From NCBI GenBank assembly GCA_951406725.2, contig OX597815.1, positions 24,552,001 to 24,616,000 on the forward strand: a stretch of 64,000 nucleotides of DNA, written 5' to 3'. Origin of the DNA: Octopus vulgaris (lineage: Eukaryota). The position numbers and the translations under genes are program-made. The notes beneath the pieces are model-generated. The model did no database searches and had not been told where the DNA came from. It was given only the letters and a program-made list of their open reading frames with translations. Below, in pieces: positions 13,144 through 27,300 of this stretch (within the stretch, counting starts at the first letter, position 1; every line of letters starts with the position of its first letter).

Positions 13144-13719
13144 CTAGCACTATGACCTGGCGTTGCTGGGTCATAGTGCTTGTGTATGCATATACAGCTG
13201 CATGCGTGCACACATAACACGCGAGTACTGTCCAAATCTCCGACCAATCACATACAGCTAGCTGGCATTCAATTGGCGTATCAAGTTTCGGGTATTTTGA
13301 TTGGGATTTTGATAGAAAATTCACAAAAAAGTCACTTCTATTGATTTTTTAATGGCTTTGTGGGGTGACTGGGGAAATGTAAAGATATTGCACAACCACC
13401 CTTGGACAGTTTTGAATGACCATAGAAAGTGCGAGCCCTCTAACTGAAAAATTGTGGATTTGTATACAGGACACAAACAGACATTTTGCCGTTTATATAC
13501 TCTTTTACTCTCTTTTACTCTTTTACTTGTTTCAGTCATTTGACTGTGGCCATGCTGGAGCACTGCCTTTAGTCGAGCAAATCGACCCCAGGACTTATTC
13601 TTTGTAAGCCCAGTACTTATTCTATCGGTATCTTTTGCCGAACCGCTAAGTGACAGGGACGTAAACACACCAGCATCGGTTGTCAAGCAATGCTAGCGGG
13701 GACAAACACAGACACACAA

Positions 13720-13780
<61 letters not shown>

Positions 13781-13959
13781 TACGACAGGCTTCTTTCAGT
13801 TTCCGTCTACCAAATCCACTCACAAGGCATTGGTCGGCCCGGGGCTATAGCAGAAGACACTTGCCCAAGATGCCATGCAGTGGGACTGAACCCGGAATCA
13901 TGTGGTTGGTTAGCAAGCTACTTACCACACAGCCACTCCTGCGCCTATATATATAGAGA
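13144..13959 (-). mobile_element. Non-autonomous Helitron, interrupted by SINE A
   Basis: minus strand starts TCTCTATATATA and ends with hairpin cactatgacc..ggtcatagtg plus CTAG. Confidence 0.75.
13500..13945 (-). mobile_element. SINE family A, nested in a Helitron
   Basis: full-length copy. Confidence 0.88.
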
Positions 13960-14182
13960 TATTAACAAAACCAAACTAGGATGGACAAGAGAAACAGACT
14001 GATTGCATGATGGAGTGGCTGCTATTATATCTTTTTAAATTAAGTACTACAAATTGTTTCTGCCCAGTAGACCATGAGACAAGCTGAGCCTCACAATCTG
14101 AGCCCATCATCAACAAAAGGTAGAAGCTAGTAACAGCAGGCTATTTTACCTCTCTGGGAAGGACAGTCAGTAGTGATGATAG

Positions 14183-14238
14183 ACTGTGAAGAAGTAGGTC
14201 ACTGAATCAGCAAAGTCAGTGACCTACTTCTTCACAGT
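14183..14238. repeat. Perfect 23-bp hairpin, 10-nt loop
   Basis: actgtgaagaagtaggtcactga / tcagtgacctacttcttcacagt. Confidence 0.9.
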
Positions 14239-15351
14239 GAAAAATTTCTACATGAATTGATTTAGGTTGTGATCAATTGCAATGACCACATTAACACCAT
14301 CTTTGCTTTAGCATCTTGATTTCATGGCACAAAGGTACTGCAATAGAGAGATGCATTTTGCAGCAATGGACCACTGAGAATGGACCACTGAGTCTACAGA
14401 AAACCACCTGACAAAATGCTCATTTTTCACCAATATTAGAAAAGCTGCCATTGAGGACTAGAATAAGTTAGGATTATCATCATGGAGCACCCAAATATTC
14501 TCAAGTATATGCAGCAGGCCCTTCCAGTGCCAGTTTCAATCTGGGACAATCATGATACTAAGTCAGAGATTGAAGTATTGACTACAGTATTTCTAATACC
14601 AATTACTCACCTTCAGATTTGGAATACCTTTTTACAAGTGTATATAGTGAGGTAATGAGAGAAATGTGCCTTGATAAGAGCATGAAATAATGATTGTGAC
14701 AATGCTTGGATTGATGACCAAATGGTGAACTAGTTCTTTAGTGATTTAGTGCAGTGAGTTTAGATAGAACTAACCTAACTTGTAGAGACTGAGCCATGGT
14801 ATATCGTTTTGTTAAAAATAATGCATTCATATTCATTTAAAATTTACTCTCATGTCAAACACATATCATTATTGTTCTTATAATTACTTCTCATTTTTAT
14901 TTACTTAATCAGTGAAGAAAAAGTAGATGACCTAGATTGGCAGGAGAAATGGGATAATTTATTCTGGTCCCAAAGCTTTCACCTGAATATACCTGATTAA
15001 AGGAACCCAAAAACCAAGTAGTAGTATTAATATAGTTGATGGAATAAGTTACCCAGTTAAGCCAGACAATAATATGTTTAAGAACAGCCTTCATACTCTT
15101 CACCATAACATCTCATTGGTATTACAGATCCTGTGAAGGCAATGGCCACAGCTCCTATGTTCTGATTAACTTCTTCTTCTCTCTCTCTATGTGTGTGTAT
15201 GTATATATATATATCATCATCATTGTTTAACGTCCACTTTCCATGCTGGCATGGGTTAGACGGTTTGACTGGGGACTAGTGAGCCAGATGACTGCACCAG
15301 GCTCCAATCTTGATCTAGCAGAGTTTCTACAGCTGGATGCCCTTCCTAACA

Positions 15352-16852
15352 TCAGCAAAAGAAATGTCACACATATACTAAATAGAAACTGGTTTATTAA
15401 TGGACTGCCATAACATTGACTGAAGAGTGATAATTAAGAAACCATTCTTTACTGATGATAAAATGTCATTTCCTGAAACACGTTTGACATCACATAGTGT
15501 CATGTGATGACGGGGTGTCCTGGATCCAAAGAGATGAATTCAATATCTTGTGTGATCACCCTTAGCGTTGATTACTGCCAGGTATCTTATGTGCATTGAA
15601 TACACCAAACAGCTGATGAAGGCCATGGGGATAGCAGTCCACACTCTTTTAAAACTTGCAGTGAGTTGTGTCACAGTTGTCAGATACTCTATGAGGTTCA
15701 AGTCTGGACTTAGGGCAGGACATAGCAGTGTCTGGAAGTTGTGCTGGTGGAGGAAGTCTGTTTTCAACCTGGTAGTATGGACATGGGCATTGTCATGTTG
15801 AAACACGTGATTCGAATGACGGGCAAAATATTGCACAATGTGAGGTCTCAACACCTGGTTGATGTAGCAAGTAACAGTTACTCCACTGCTCCAGCTTGGC
15901 CAATGTTTTGGAAGACCACCAGTCTGAGTCTTTGGTTGAGTGCAATCTCACCCCATACCTATTTCTTTACTACCTACAAGGGGCTAAACATAGAAGGGAC
16001 AAACAAGGACAGACAAACGGATTAAGTCGATTACATCGACCCCAGTGCATAACTGGTACTTAATTTATCGACCCTGAAAGGATGAAAGGCAAAGTTGACC
16101 TCGGCGTAATTTGAACTTAGAACGTAACGGCAGATGAAATACTGCTAAGCATTTTGCCCATGATGCTCTGTCCTCCTTATGACTTTCTCTCCCCTACATA
16201 GCCATCAGCATGACATTCACCCCTTCTTCTCTGCCATCTACCACAGAAATGCAATATTGACTTTCCTCCACTGCTGATATCGCCAGTTCTGATGTTTTTG
16301 AGCCCACTGTAAATGTGCCCGTTGATGACGATCTATGAGGATATGACTTCTAGTCGAATGTTGACAAGACAGATTGAAAGATCTCAGTTGGTGGTGAACT
16401 GTCACTGCACAAATAGATCTGTGGTGACTCCCTATGGAGTTCAAGTCATTAGCAATGACCCACGGACGTTGACCACGGATGTTGACCCATGGAGACATCT
16501 GATAGCTTGCTCCCTCTGATTTCATGTCAGTCTAGGCATGCTTACTGCATTCGGGAAATGAATGACAGTATAAAATTTGGGTGCCTTTTATACTCAATGA
16601 GTCAACATTTTGACCCTGCATCATGCTTTTCATAAAGATGTATTCACGAGCATTACTATGTTCATGAAGAGTGAGTGAGTTTGAACCCTACTTGCAATCC
16701 TTGTTTTCAAAAGTGAGTGGTGTTGTGGGTCAGTGATATTTTCCTAATGTCAAACTACTCAGAAATATGATAAAATCTATATAATCTCAATATCTTGTGT
16801 GAAACAAATAATCTTTTACAGTGCAAGTTTTTTTTTTTTGTCGTTCAGTATA
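15352..16852 (-). mobile_element. Decayed Tc1-family DNA transposon, interrupted by SINE B
   Basis: VFQHDNAHVH..PALSPDLNLIE and HLQWAQKHQNW..QW motifs in broken ORFs. Confidence 0.8.
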
Positions 16853-16879
16853 CATATATATAATTAAAGTGGATTCTTT

Positions 16880-17035
16880 GAAACGCGTCAGCAGTTATGA
16901 AAATTTTCAATTGCGATTTTTCATAAGATATTTAAGAAGACATGTCTGTCTGATGAAACCTCATTATATTTAAAACAGTATTTTATTATTCTTGAAAAAC
17001 CTGTTTTTTTTTATGGTGTTGAAACAGCTGTAATT
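16880..17035 (+). ncRNA. Degenerate tandem hammerhead motifs
   Basis: orphan GAAACGCGTC at 16880, then CTGATGA (16950)...GAAACAGCTGTA (17021); stem I eroded. Confidence 0.45.
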
Positions 17036-17267
17036 TACTAGATGTGCCATTTGTTTGTATAAAATAATAAAAGTGAATTGAATTTATCATTTAATGATTA
17101 AATCATTTAATTGTTCAATTGTTCAATTCATTATTTTGATTTCCATTTCTAATTTATATCTATATATACATATAAATAAACACACTCACAAAATAAGTCT
17201 TTATGTTAAATACAAGAAAAATTCGATTACACAGTATTATTTACAAAAATACAATAAGCTGGCTTGC

Positions 17268-17399
17268 CTGAATAACACTGTTGCCACCTTCCAGTAAAGC
17301 GATTCCAAGTTCAACAGTCTGTAAGAATATTTGGTTGCTCGCATTCTGGATAATGAGGTCCACGATAAGATCAGAGGCACCTTCCTTGTCTAAATGGCA
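17268..17399 (-). CDS. ITPR: IP3 receptor exon (CHLDKEGASDLIVDLII...ELGIALLEGGNSVIQ) with GC donor
   Basis: 132 nt; conserved CHLDKEGAS and ALLEGGN; donor CAG|GCAAGC. Confidence 0.92.
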
Positions 17400-17737
17400 C
17401 TAGAAAATGAACGAGATAAAACAAAATAATTTACACAAAGATGTAATTTTATTTGAACTTTAGTGAAATTTGTCAATCCTTTGATCCAAGTTAAAGGTGA
17501 TTAAATGCAGTCGGAAATGACAAAGGAATTGATTTATGATTAGTTACAATGAGAAAATGATATACCATATCAGAAAACCTCAATGACACTAATGCCTATT
17601 TTATCAATCCTAAAAAGACAGACATTTCCAAATATATTTGATGGTAGAAGGTGTTCAGTTTAAATTGACAGTTTTCATAAAATGAAAAGAAAACACAATA
17701 TCCCACCCCAACATAAAAATATTCTAAACAATCCTGT

Positions 17738-17905
17738 AGGTGCAGGAGTGGCTGTGTGGTAAGTAGCTTGCTTACCAACCACATGGTTCCGGGTTCATTC
17801 CTACTGTATGACACCTTGGGCAAGTGTTTTCTACTATAGCCTCGGGCTGACCAAAGCCTTGTGAGTGGATTTGGTAGACTGAAACTGAAAGAAGCTCGTT
17901 GTATA

Positions 17906-17954
<49 letters not shown>

Positions 17955-18177
17955 ATGTGTATATGTTTGTGTGTCTGTGTTTGTCCCCCAACATCACTTG
18001 ACAACCGATGCTGGTGTGTTTACGTCCCCGTAACTTAGCAGTTCGGCAAAAGAGACCGATAGAATAAGTACTAGGCTTACAAAGAATAAGCCCTGGGGTC
18101 GATTTGCTCGACTGAAGGCAGTGCTCCAGCATGACCACAGTCAAATGACTGAAACAAGTAAAAGAGTAAAGAGTAAA
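17738..18177 (+). mobile_element. SINE family A
   Basis: full-length copy. Confidence 0.88.
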
Positions 18178-18545
18178 TGTTATTGACATTTGAAGAACCA
18201 ACAGTTCTTTGAAAGTGTAAATTCTGACTACTGCACCATATCAAGCATCTATCTTAAATATAAAAACCCAAAATATAATAGAAACTATTGTGTGGCACCA
18301 TGTAAAAGTGCCTGTGCAGTGCCATGTATAAGCACCCAGCACATTTTGTAAAGTGGTTTGCATTAGGAAGGGCATGCAGGTGTAGAAACCATGCCAAATC
18401 AGATTGGAGTCTGGTGCAGCCACACAGCCTGCCAGCTCTGGTCACAACCTCTAACCCAAGACAGCATGGATAATGGATGTTAAATGATGCTGATGCTGAT
18501 GATGATTTGATGAAGTAAAAGTTAAAATGAAAAATAAATACTAAC

Positions 18546-18713
18546 TTGAACTTCATGGAGAGTCATTTCAGCTCGGCTGACCATTACAGAACCTGGTCCA
18601 ATAATTCCTAAGCTTTTCATCTGTGGTGAATTGGCATTAATACTCTCTCGCCTTGTTCGAAAATAATCTTTGCCATAATATTTTGTCAACAGACTCTGTC
18701 GCAGAGCCTCACC
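18546..18713 (-). CDS. ITPR: IP3 receptor exon (GEALRQSLLTKYYG...RRES...SRAEMTLHEVQ), second PKA-site motif
   Basis: 168 nt, phase 0/0, within ORF 18522..18800. Confidence 0.95.
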
Positions 18714-20099
18714 CTGTAATTGGAGGTAGTAAATGACATGAAACAACAACATTGGTTTTACAACCTTAAACATAAATACAGAATACAATACAGAAATCAA
18801 TTTTTAATTCAAATATTAACATTAGGCAGGATTAATGAACATGAAATTAAATTGAAATATTTCTTACCTAGAATTTGATAGAAAGAAAGAAAACATTTTT
18901 TTTTTCTTTTGAATAGTAAAAGATTTTCTATGAAGGAGGAAACAGTCTAAGAAGGGACTAAACTTACTAAAAAGTTAACAATGACATCTTGGTAAAAAAT
19001 GTCAATTTCAAACTTCTAAATTTCTGAAATATTGTCAAAATTACTTGCTATGTTATTATGAATATATTCTAGACTAAAAAATAAAACCAGAAGAGAGTTA
19101 ACGCATGCTAAAAAGAAACAAATCTCAATGCAATACCATACTATATAAAGGATTTTATAATACTTAAATGTCCCCTTGCAAACAGAGATGCCTATCCATT
19201 TCTTTAAGTTTCAGTTAAATCATATTTTTTGTATTATTATTGAAGTTGTTTCATGCTATCTTAGCAGAAATGTTGTGTGAGGCTTGGTGATAAGTTTCAT
19301 CAAATGTTGCCAGAAAAACAAGCTGGCCTTCATGCCGATGGCACGTTAAACACACTATTCGAGCGTGATCGTTACCTGCATCACCTTCCTAGCACTTGTG
19401 CTGGTGGCACGTGAAAAAAAACATTCGAGCGAGGTTGTTGCCAGTGCCATTGGACTGGCTCCTGTGCAGGTGGTGCATAAAAAGCACCGTTTGAGCATGG
19501 CCGTTGCCAGTACCACCAAACTGGCCCTCATGCCGGTGGCACATAAAAGCACCCACTACACTCTCGGAGTGGTTGGCATTAGGAAGGGCATCCAGCTGTA
19601 GAAACTTTGCCAGATCAGATTGGAGTATGGTTCGCCAGACCTCAGTCAAATCGTCCAACCCATGCTAGCATGGAAAGCGGATGTTAAATGATGATGATGT
19701 TGATGATTTCTTACAGGTTGACAATGCAGGTCTCAATTCCAGGATCCTTAAGCCTCTTCTATAGCAGTTTAAGTGTTGTGCCAAGTTATTGACTTCTAAC
19801 TAAGATTATAGAGATTTTAGTCAAAACAATCTATTGAAGAGATTAAATTACAAAACTTCTAAACAGAACAGACAGTAAAATCTCATTTCAATGTAAATAT
19901 TTCAACACTGGAAATTTACTTTCATAAATATTTCAGTATTGGAATATAATATCCAATGGTAATTAACACTTTCCATTTCATAAATCATTCACTTTCCAGT
20001 TTATAAATTGTCTGAAAAATATTAGCAAGCAAGTCACTGAGATATATAAACTAAACAGACTTGCCAAACAGATAAACAGTTATCTCTAACAATTAACTC

Positions 20100-20995
20100 A
20101 AATAGGATGAGGTGGTGAAGCATGATCTTTGAATGTTGGGCCTCTTGGAGATGATGACAAATGACCGAGACCTTTGCAATCTCTGTAGAGAGAGCTTGTG
20201 GAAGAGGTAGACCCAGGAAGACATGGGACAAGGTGGTGAAGCATGATGTTTGAATGTTGGGCCTCAGACAATCGACTGAGACCTTTGCGATCTCTGTGAA
20301 GGGAGCCTGTGGAAGAAGTAGACCCAGGAAGACATGGGACAAGGTGGTGAAGCATGTTGTTTGAATGTTGGGTCTCAGACAATCGACTGAGACCTTTGTG
20401 ATTTCTAACTGTGAAAGGAGCCTGTGGAAGAGGTAGACTCAGGAAGACATGGGACAAGGTTGTAAAGTGTGATTTTCAGATGCTGGGTCTCACAGAGGTA
20501 ATGACAAGTGACTGAGACCTTTGGTGATATGCTGTGCTTGAGAAGACTCATCAAGCCAAGTGAAATCCTAGTCATGGCTGATGCTGGTATCATATAACTG
20601 GCAGCCATGCTGATGGCATGTAAAATCACCTGTGCTGATGGCATATAAAAATCACCTGTGCTGGTGGAATGTAAAATCCCCTGTGCTGGTGGTATGTAAA
20701 AAGCACCTGTGCTAGTGGAATGTAAAATCACCTGTGCTGATGGCATGTAAAAAGCACCTGTGCTGGTGGAATGTAAAATCCCCTGTGCTGGTGGCATGTA
20801 AAAAGCACCTGTGCTGATGGCATATAAAAAGTACTCATTACAATCTTGGAGTGGTTGGTGTTAAGAAGGGCATCCATCCATTGAAACCATGCCAAATCAG
20901 ACTGGAAGCTGGTGTAGCTCTCTGGCTTACTAGTTCCAGTCAAACTGTCTAACCTACGCCAGCATGGAAAGCAGTCATTAAATGATGATGATGAC
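20100..20995 (+). mobile_element. RTE-type LINE 3' end with internal tandem repeats and (GAT)n tail
   Basis: encodes RGRPRKTWDKVVKHD-like RT C-terminus ~4 times, then ~30-bp repeats; shorter 3' ends at ~1010-1282, 15213-15350(-), 18290-18510, 19320-19705, 45075-45315, 45906-46190(-); fragment 28120-28290(-). Confidence 0.75.
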
Positions 20996-21310
20996 AATTT
21001 TACAGATCAGTAATTAACAACAATATGCTTAGAGGTGTTTATCATTATCATCATCAATGTTTAACACCTGTTTTTCATACTGGATTGGGTTGGATGGGGA
21101 GCTGACTAACATAATTGCAATGAAGTTCATCTTTTCATATCTAAAAATTGAAAAACCATACCAATGAAATTAACAGTGAACCAATGGTTCATGAGTACCC
21201 AAATACATTAGTAACTATAAGGATTGACCACTCATATGTAAAACAAACTGGTATATGTGTGCATATATGTATGTATACACACACACTCCAGTATGTTTTA
21301 CACATGGGTG

Positions 21311-21352
<42 letters not shown>

Positions 21353-24300
21353 ATTTAAAGTTATTCAGCTACAGAATTCAATCAGTAATTCAACTAAAAC
21401 AATTTATAACAAAACTGAATATTAAGCAAAATTAATACAAACACATGAATGTTAAAAAAGTAAAACCAAACAAAAAATTTAAAAAAAACTACTTTAAAAA
21501 AAAGATAATCAAAGTAAGAATTCTACACATAACACTTGTGGAAGAAATTTTTCTCAGACAATTCTAAATTGGAACAATGAAAATTTAACATAAAACAAAT
21601 AGAAGGGTCTTGTAAAATTGCTGAGAAAAAGATAAAATTTTGGCAATCCCCAGATCCAAATAAGCAGTATAATTAAACACCAGATCCATGTATTGGATGA
21701 TGCTATAGGATAAATAACATATACTTACAAAATTGTGAGATTGACAGTAGCAATTATTTCTTTTTAAACAGTGACTGGTAACTGAATATGTGAAATGAGT
21801 TCTTACAGAACAATGTTAAGTTTTCTGCTGTTTCATCACTAAATACTCTATTTCATTATTGGTCAAAAGTATATTGAAACTTGTTTGAATTTTAAATATT
21901 TTATGAATATTATATTTAACATTTCAGGATTACAGCCCTGAATCTTATGTGTAAAATACATCAATTTTTTTTTTTGTTATATTAACTTGGTAACAACTCA
22001 ATATTGAAAAATTCTTTCAAACATTACTAAAGAAGACAAAGGAAAGGTTGTTATTGAATGGAAATTTGAAGGTGCTACAAGCGACCACATAAATTTATAC
22101 AAAGTAGAAGCTACTGGCATTAAGAGTGATTAATGTTTACTATTGTAAATATTATATTATAACAGAAGTTGTCAGTACAATAGACACTGTGTAGAATGAC
22201 TTGAAAAATTCGGAAGAACCATTACAAATAAATATTTTCTTTGCTGACCTTTTAATAAATTTCCTCTCATAATCTATGGATGTGAGTATCTCATCAAATT
22301 AAAGTTTACATGTAAATGGCTGTTTCAGTCAATATGGGGTCAATATATAGAGAAGAACGAAATTCAGATTTAATTAAAATACCTATGTAGGAGTAGTCAG
22401 CATTTGCCAAAATTTATTGAATTTTAAGGAAAAAACTGAGTAATAAAGTATTAAATTAAGATATAATTTTCAACATTTTTTAAAAGCTTGGAATATTAAT
22501 GAGGTCTTTCTTACCCATAATGTTGGAAAAAGAAAAAAAAATGAATATTGCTAAATGCAACATGATGAAATTAAACCTCAAAATACAAATACACTAACAC
22601 ATTATTAAAATAATTATTATATAACAAATATAAAAATAAAAAAGAAAACCCACATGAATAGAAATATTTGTTGCAGGTATAATCAGACATGCCATGACAA
22701 GCAGAGAAAGCAGGAAATAAAACCAATTCTCTACAGCTACCCCATCTTAAAGTTACCCATCTGAAGAGGGTGTATTAATCTGAATTCAAATGCAATATAT
22801 GGGGAAAAGGAACTATACAATATAAAAGACGTAGGAACTATGCAATATGAAGGAAATAGGAACTAATTATAGCAGACAGTACTCCTGCAGCAGTAATATT
22901 AAAGAAGAAACAAGCTGAAAATTGAACGGATCAATGGTTTGAAGAGGAGGAAAGACAGGCATCCAATAGCAATTTAGAGTTTAATATTGAAGACAATATT
23001 TAACTCCTTCTCTAGATTAAAAGTCATGTCTTCTTTTGAAAGGCTACAAAAGATGTTTAAGAATAGCAGATGTAAAATTGAGATATGTATCATGCAGACC
23101 ATGAGCAAAAGGATTACAAAACATTCCATTCTAAATAGGAGTGAAAAGAAAGAAAGATATAAAGCAAACCATAATTGTCGGGAAAAATATTTGGTGTCAA
23201 AGAAATTGGAGAGCGGAATTTTAAGCTTTCTTAAGCAGAGGAAATTTTCACTTAAATACATCTCAATGTTTTGTATGTGTCTTTGGTTTTGTAAATATGT
23301 GTACAAGTGTACACATTTAGTTTCCCAGATCAGTTGCACATAATCTATATGAAAGGAAAAAAAAATAACCTGTCTATACACCCACAAATACCCACCTACC
23401 CACTATGCATGTATAATGAGTATTTCTTCTTGCTGATCACATGACTAGCACTGTTAGATAGTATTAGGCATGTTATGAAATTTCTTATAAAAGTTCATCA
23501 AGTAAGAATAGGTGGAACATTGGTAGAAAGAAATGAGCTTGTAGTAGCACTGATCATCAGAAGATACAATGCTGAACTCACTAAGTTTGCATGGAAGTTG
23601 AAAAATTAGGGAAATTAATGTAAAATAGTTAAATTTGGAGCAATTTAGGTACCTTAATAGCTTAGGAATATGTGGTATTTGCCTTAGCAATAAGCTATAT
23701 ATAACTCTGCATATTACTTTAATCTGAAAGCAAAAGTTCTCCTTAAACTATTAAGACCTTAAACTGTTACAAGCTTTTAGGAACAACACCTGACTGACAA
23801 AATAACTTGATGACTTCAGGTTGCACACCTGAACTATTAAGAAAATGAAAGATACTATTCAACTCCATAAAAGAAAGTGAAAGATGTTATTTCATGAAAA
23901 GTTTAACATAATAAACCAACTTAATATCAGCAAATATTAGATCAGAAAGAAATTTATTATTTTACTAATGTACACTGAAGTGAAGGGGCTATGTAGAGCT
24001 GTCATTATACTAAGTTGAGTATAATGTATGACACAAGTGATGGACTTGTAAGCAAGTCCATTGATAATCTATAACTTGATATAAGCATGCAAGTTTATTT
24101 ATACATATGTAAACTTATCAACAACTACAGAAAGATATTGAATTGAAATGGCAGAAATATTTGAAGGATCAACAAATACAAATGACAGAATTAGCCATAC
24201 ATTCCTTGAAGTTTTAAAAACCAATAAATAAGGATATCAGACACTTTTACTAGAAAACAAGATGATGATCATGGTCTGACAGTGGAGCTGGAGATATTTT

Positions 24301-27300
24301 CTCAAAAGAACACAGAAACATCTTTCATGCAAGGTTGCTAAAAGTAAACATTCATTCTATTATATGACAGTCTGCTATGAAAACCATGCTATAGGAAAGC
24401 ATCCACAAATGGTTTGTTTCAATGAATATCGAATACGGAAGATTTTGAGGAAGAAATATTGGTTTTCAAGGAAACAAGAATTTCAGTATTTTACATTGTA
24501 TAGGAAATAGACGATTGAAATATTTTGCATTCATTTATTCAATATTTCCATTGTAGGTTATAAATACGCTTTTATTAGAATTGTTAATTCTCTTTAGTTC
24601 AGAGCAGAAGATATTACTAAACTTTTAGCATAATATCCATCTGAGTATTGTTCTGTTTTCTCAGATAAAATAGCTGCATTTGCAGCAAACTAGAGAAATA
24701 AGTAGTGCTAAGTATACATATCACTACAGATGAGCTAATAATCAACTAGATGCCAAAAGGATAAAGATTATTTAGCACTATGACTTAATGTGAAGTAAAT
24801 GAGTTAAATGAAGCAACACGATACTAAAAATTTCTTCAACATGGCCAAAATAGATATAAAACAATTCCCCAAGGGCCAGTATCATTTGTCTTGCTCTACA
24901 TATAACTAAACAAATAGGATTTAAAATAACTGTTCTATATTTATATAATGTCTTGTTCCTGTCTTGTCTTTTATTACTTTTCCTGTTTAAACAAGCAGGA
25001 AAATAGATATGGATGTAATCACAAACATATCTGAGTTGTGGCAGACAACATTAATTACATACAGAGCCTATTTGATCTGGGTACTATCTCATTCTCTCTT
25101 ATCTAAGGTAATTTTTTTTCTGATGGTCAGTTGATATCTTGTGATTGTCTTGTTATCTGATTTGCCATTATAATGACCACATAATTACTTTCCTTTATCA
25201 TAGATTCGATGACTAAGCTGAGATTAAATCAATTTTTTAAATTTTACTTAAAATAATGTTTGCAATTTTTGTTTTTGAAGTTTAAAAGAGCACCTTCACT
25301 TTATCTCATTCTTTACAATACAAAGTTAAACACAGGACAATAATTGGTTGTAAGCATCCCAAACAAAGCTTCATGGTACAATTTTCCTTAGCTTCATGTA
25401 TTCATGTCATAAAAATGTTATTCACTGTGATAATGGGATTGTGTAGCAGGTACATATGTTCAGAGTCAAGTCATTTTAAATAACTCTCTATTAAGGGGAA
25501 TATTCTATAGAATTAGTATATTGATAGTGCAACTAGTAGTATATAAATAGTGTGATAAAATGTGCAATGTTATACAGACTGATTGATTTCATAAGCTAAA
25601 GCTGTGACTTTTAGGACATCTATTTGCAACTAAAGTGAACAAGCAAGAGTTAAATGTGCTTGACAAGGAACAGTGTCACACAGGTACTAGTTTATAGGGC
25701 ATCACTTTCATGATTATTCACAAAGAATGTTATTCTTTAAAACTGCAAAATATACATGTGCAGATGTATTCTAAGCCAGTGCAATCTTTCTTCCCCAGTA
25801 CAATATCCCTCTGAAATTCCAACACTGCTTATGTTTCTGTCTGCTACTAACATCATCATAGAAAAGTTGAAGTTGGATGTCAATCATATCAGCCTCACCA
25901 GTGTCAGAAGACTCACAAAAGTCTTTAGCTTCAATCACCCTTTTCTGGCTAAATAACAATAGTAATGATTTCTTTTATTATAAGATTTATTACAGTATTC
26001 TTTATTAACTACTGCATTATTTAATCTTTTATTTAAATAAGAATACTATTTTGTGTAAAGTTATGATCAGCAACATCAACCAATACAGCCTATGACATAA
26101 GCAATAGAATTAAAAAAATATTTTAAAAATCAAGCTGAAATGAAAATTCTATATTAATTATAATGCAAACTTAATAACCGAAACCTTAGAGAGGTGGACA
26201 TTCATGGACAATTAGGAAACCAAATTTGAAATAAAAGACAAGAAATATATGTTGTTGATAAAACTAATTTTAAATAACATTTAAAACAGAGGTACTTTAG
26301 CTTAACACCTAGGAGGTACAGTGGAGTAGACTATCAGTAGCAGGCTATAAATTCAGAATGAAGACATTTTATACTTAATAATATATACTAGTGTATGTAT
26401 ATGAAGGGAGGTAGTGGGGAGAGAAGTGGGTATAAAAGTGTACATGAATTTATCATGATACATGCTTTAGTTTCAACACAATTTCAAATAAAATCTCGTG
26501 TCAAGCACATACAAGATATCAATTTTTACTTAAAACTAAATTTAAGGAATTCATATGCAAATACACTACTGTTTACTAGTTGATCATGAGAATTATTGTC
26601 ACTTAATCTTAATTACAACAGTACTTCCTTTATTAGATTAAATCAGTTTGTACTCAAACCATAGAACTATGATACAGAAAAAAAAAAAAAAAACAGGATA
26701 GAAACCTCTAAAATTTTAAAATAAAAAAAAAGAATTCTTTGGATCCTAACAATATAATAAATAAATACAACAAAATTTATATTGCAGTAAATAATATGAG
26801 ATGCAAAAATTCTGAAGATAATATTTGTACATAAACAGTTATTGCTTTCAGTGTAAAAAGAAAAAAAGAAAAACAAAAGCACATTGAAATAATCTATAAA
26901 ATAAGAGAAAATAATGATAGATATTAAACTTATATTTTTCAGTAATAACTATAGGTACAAAAATGATAGCAGCTAAAATCAAGCGTGGAATATAGGAAAA
27001 TAGAAGAAAATGTGTTTCGCCCGTTTTCAAATTAAATTTAAGAGAAAACACAACAGGATCTACTGTAAATAACTGAATTCTTATTTCTATAAATTATGTT
27101 TTCATATTTGCATAGTCTAAATTAATGCTTAGAGTAAAAACAGAAATCTATTCGTTTAGAAAACATATTTTTCAATGCAAGCAGAAATTCTAAGTTGATA
27201 ACAAATAATAATAAAAAACAACCTAAATAAAACAACAAACAACATTCAAAATGTGCATTTCATAACAAAACCTAAAGTTTCATAGAAACACAAAACAAAT

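Noticed and set aside
17596-18201. 201-aa ORF and similar ORFs at 7162, 13690 and 38393
   Set aside because: Read-through of SINE family A
20590-20830. Regular ~30-bp repeats resembling a CRISPR array
   Set aside because: No unique spacers, eukaryotic context, part of a LINE 3' region
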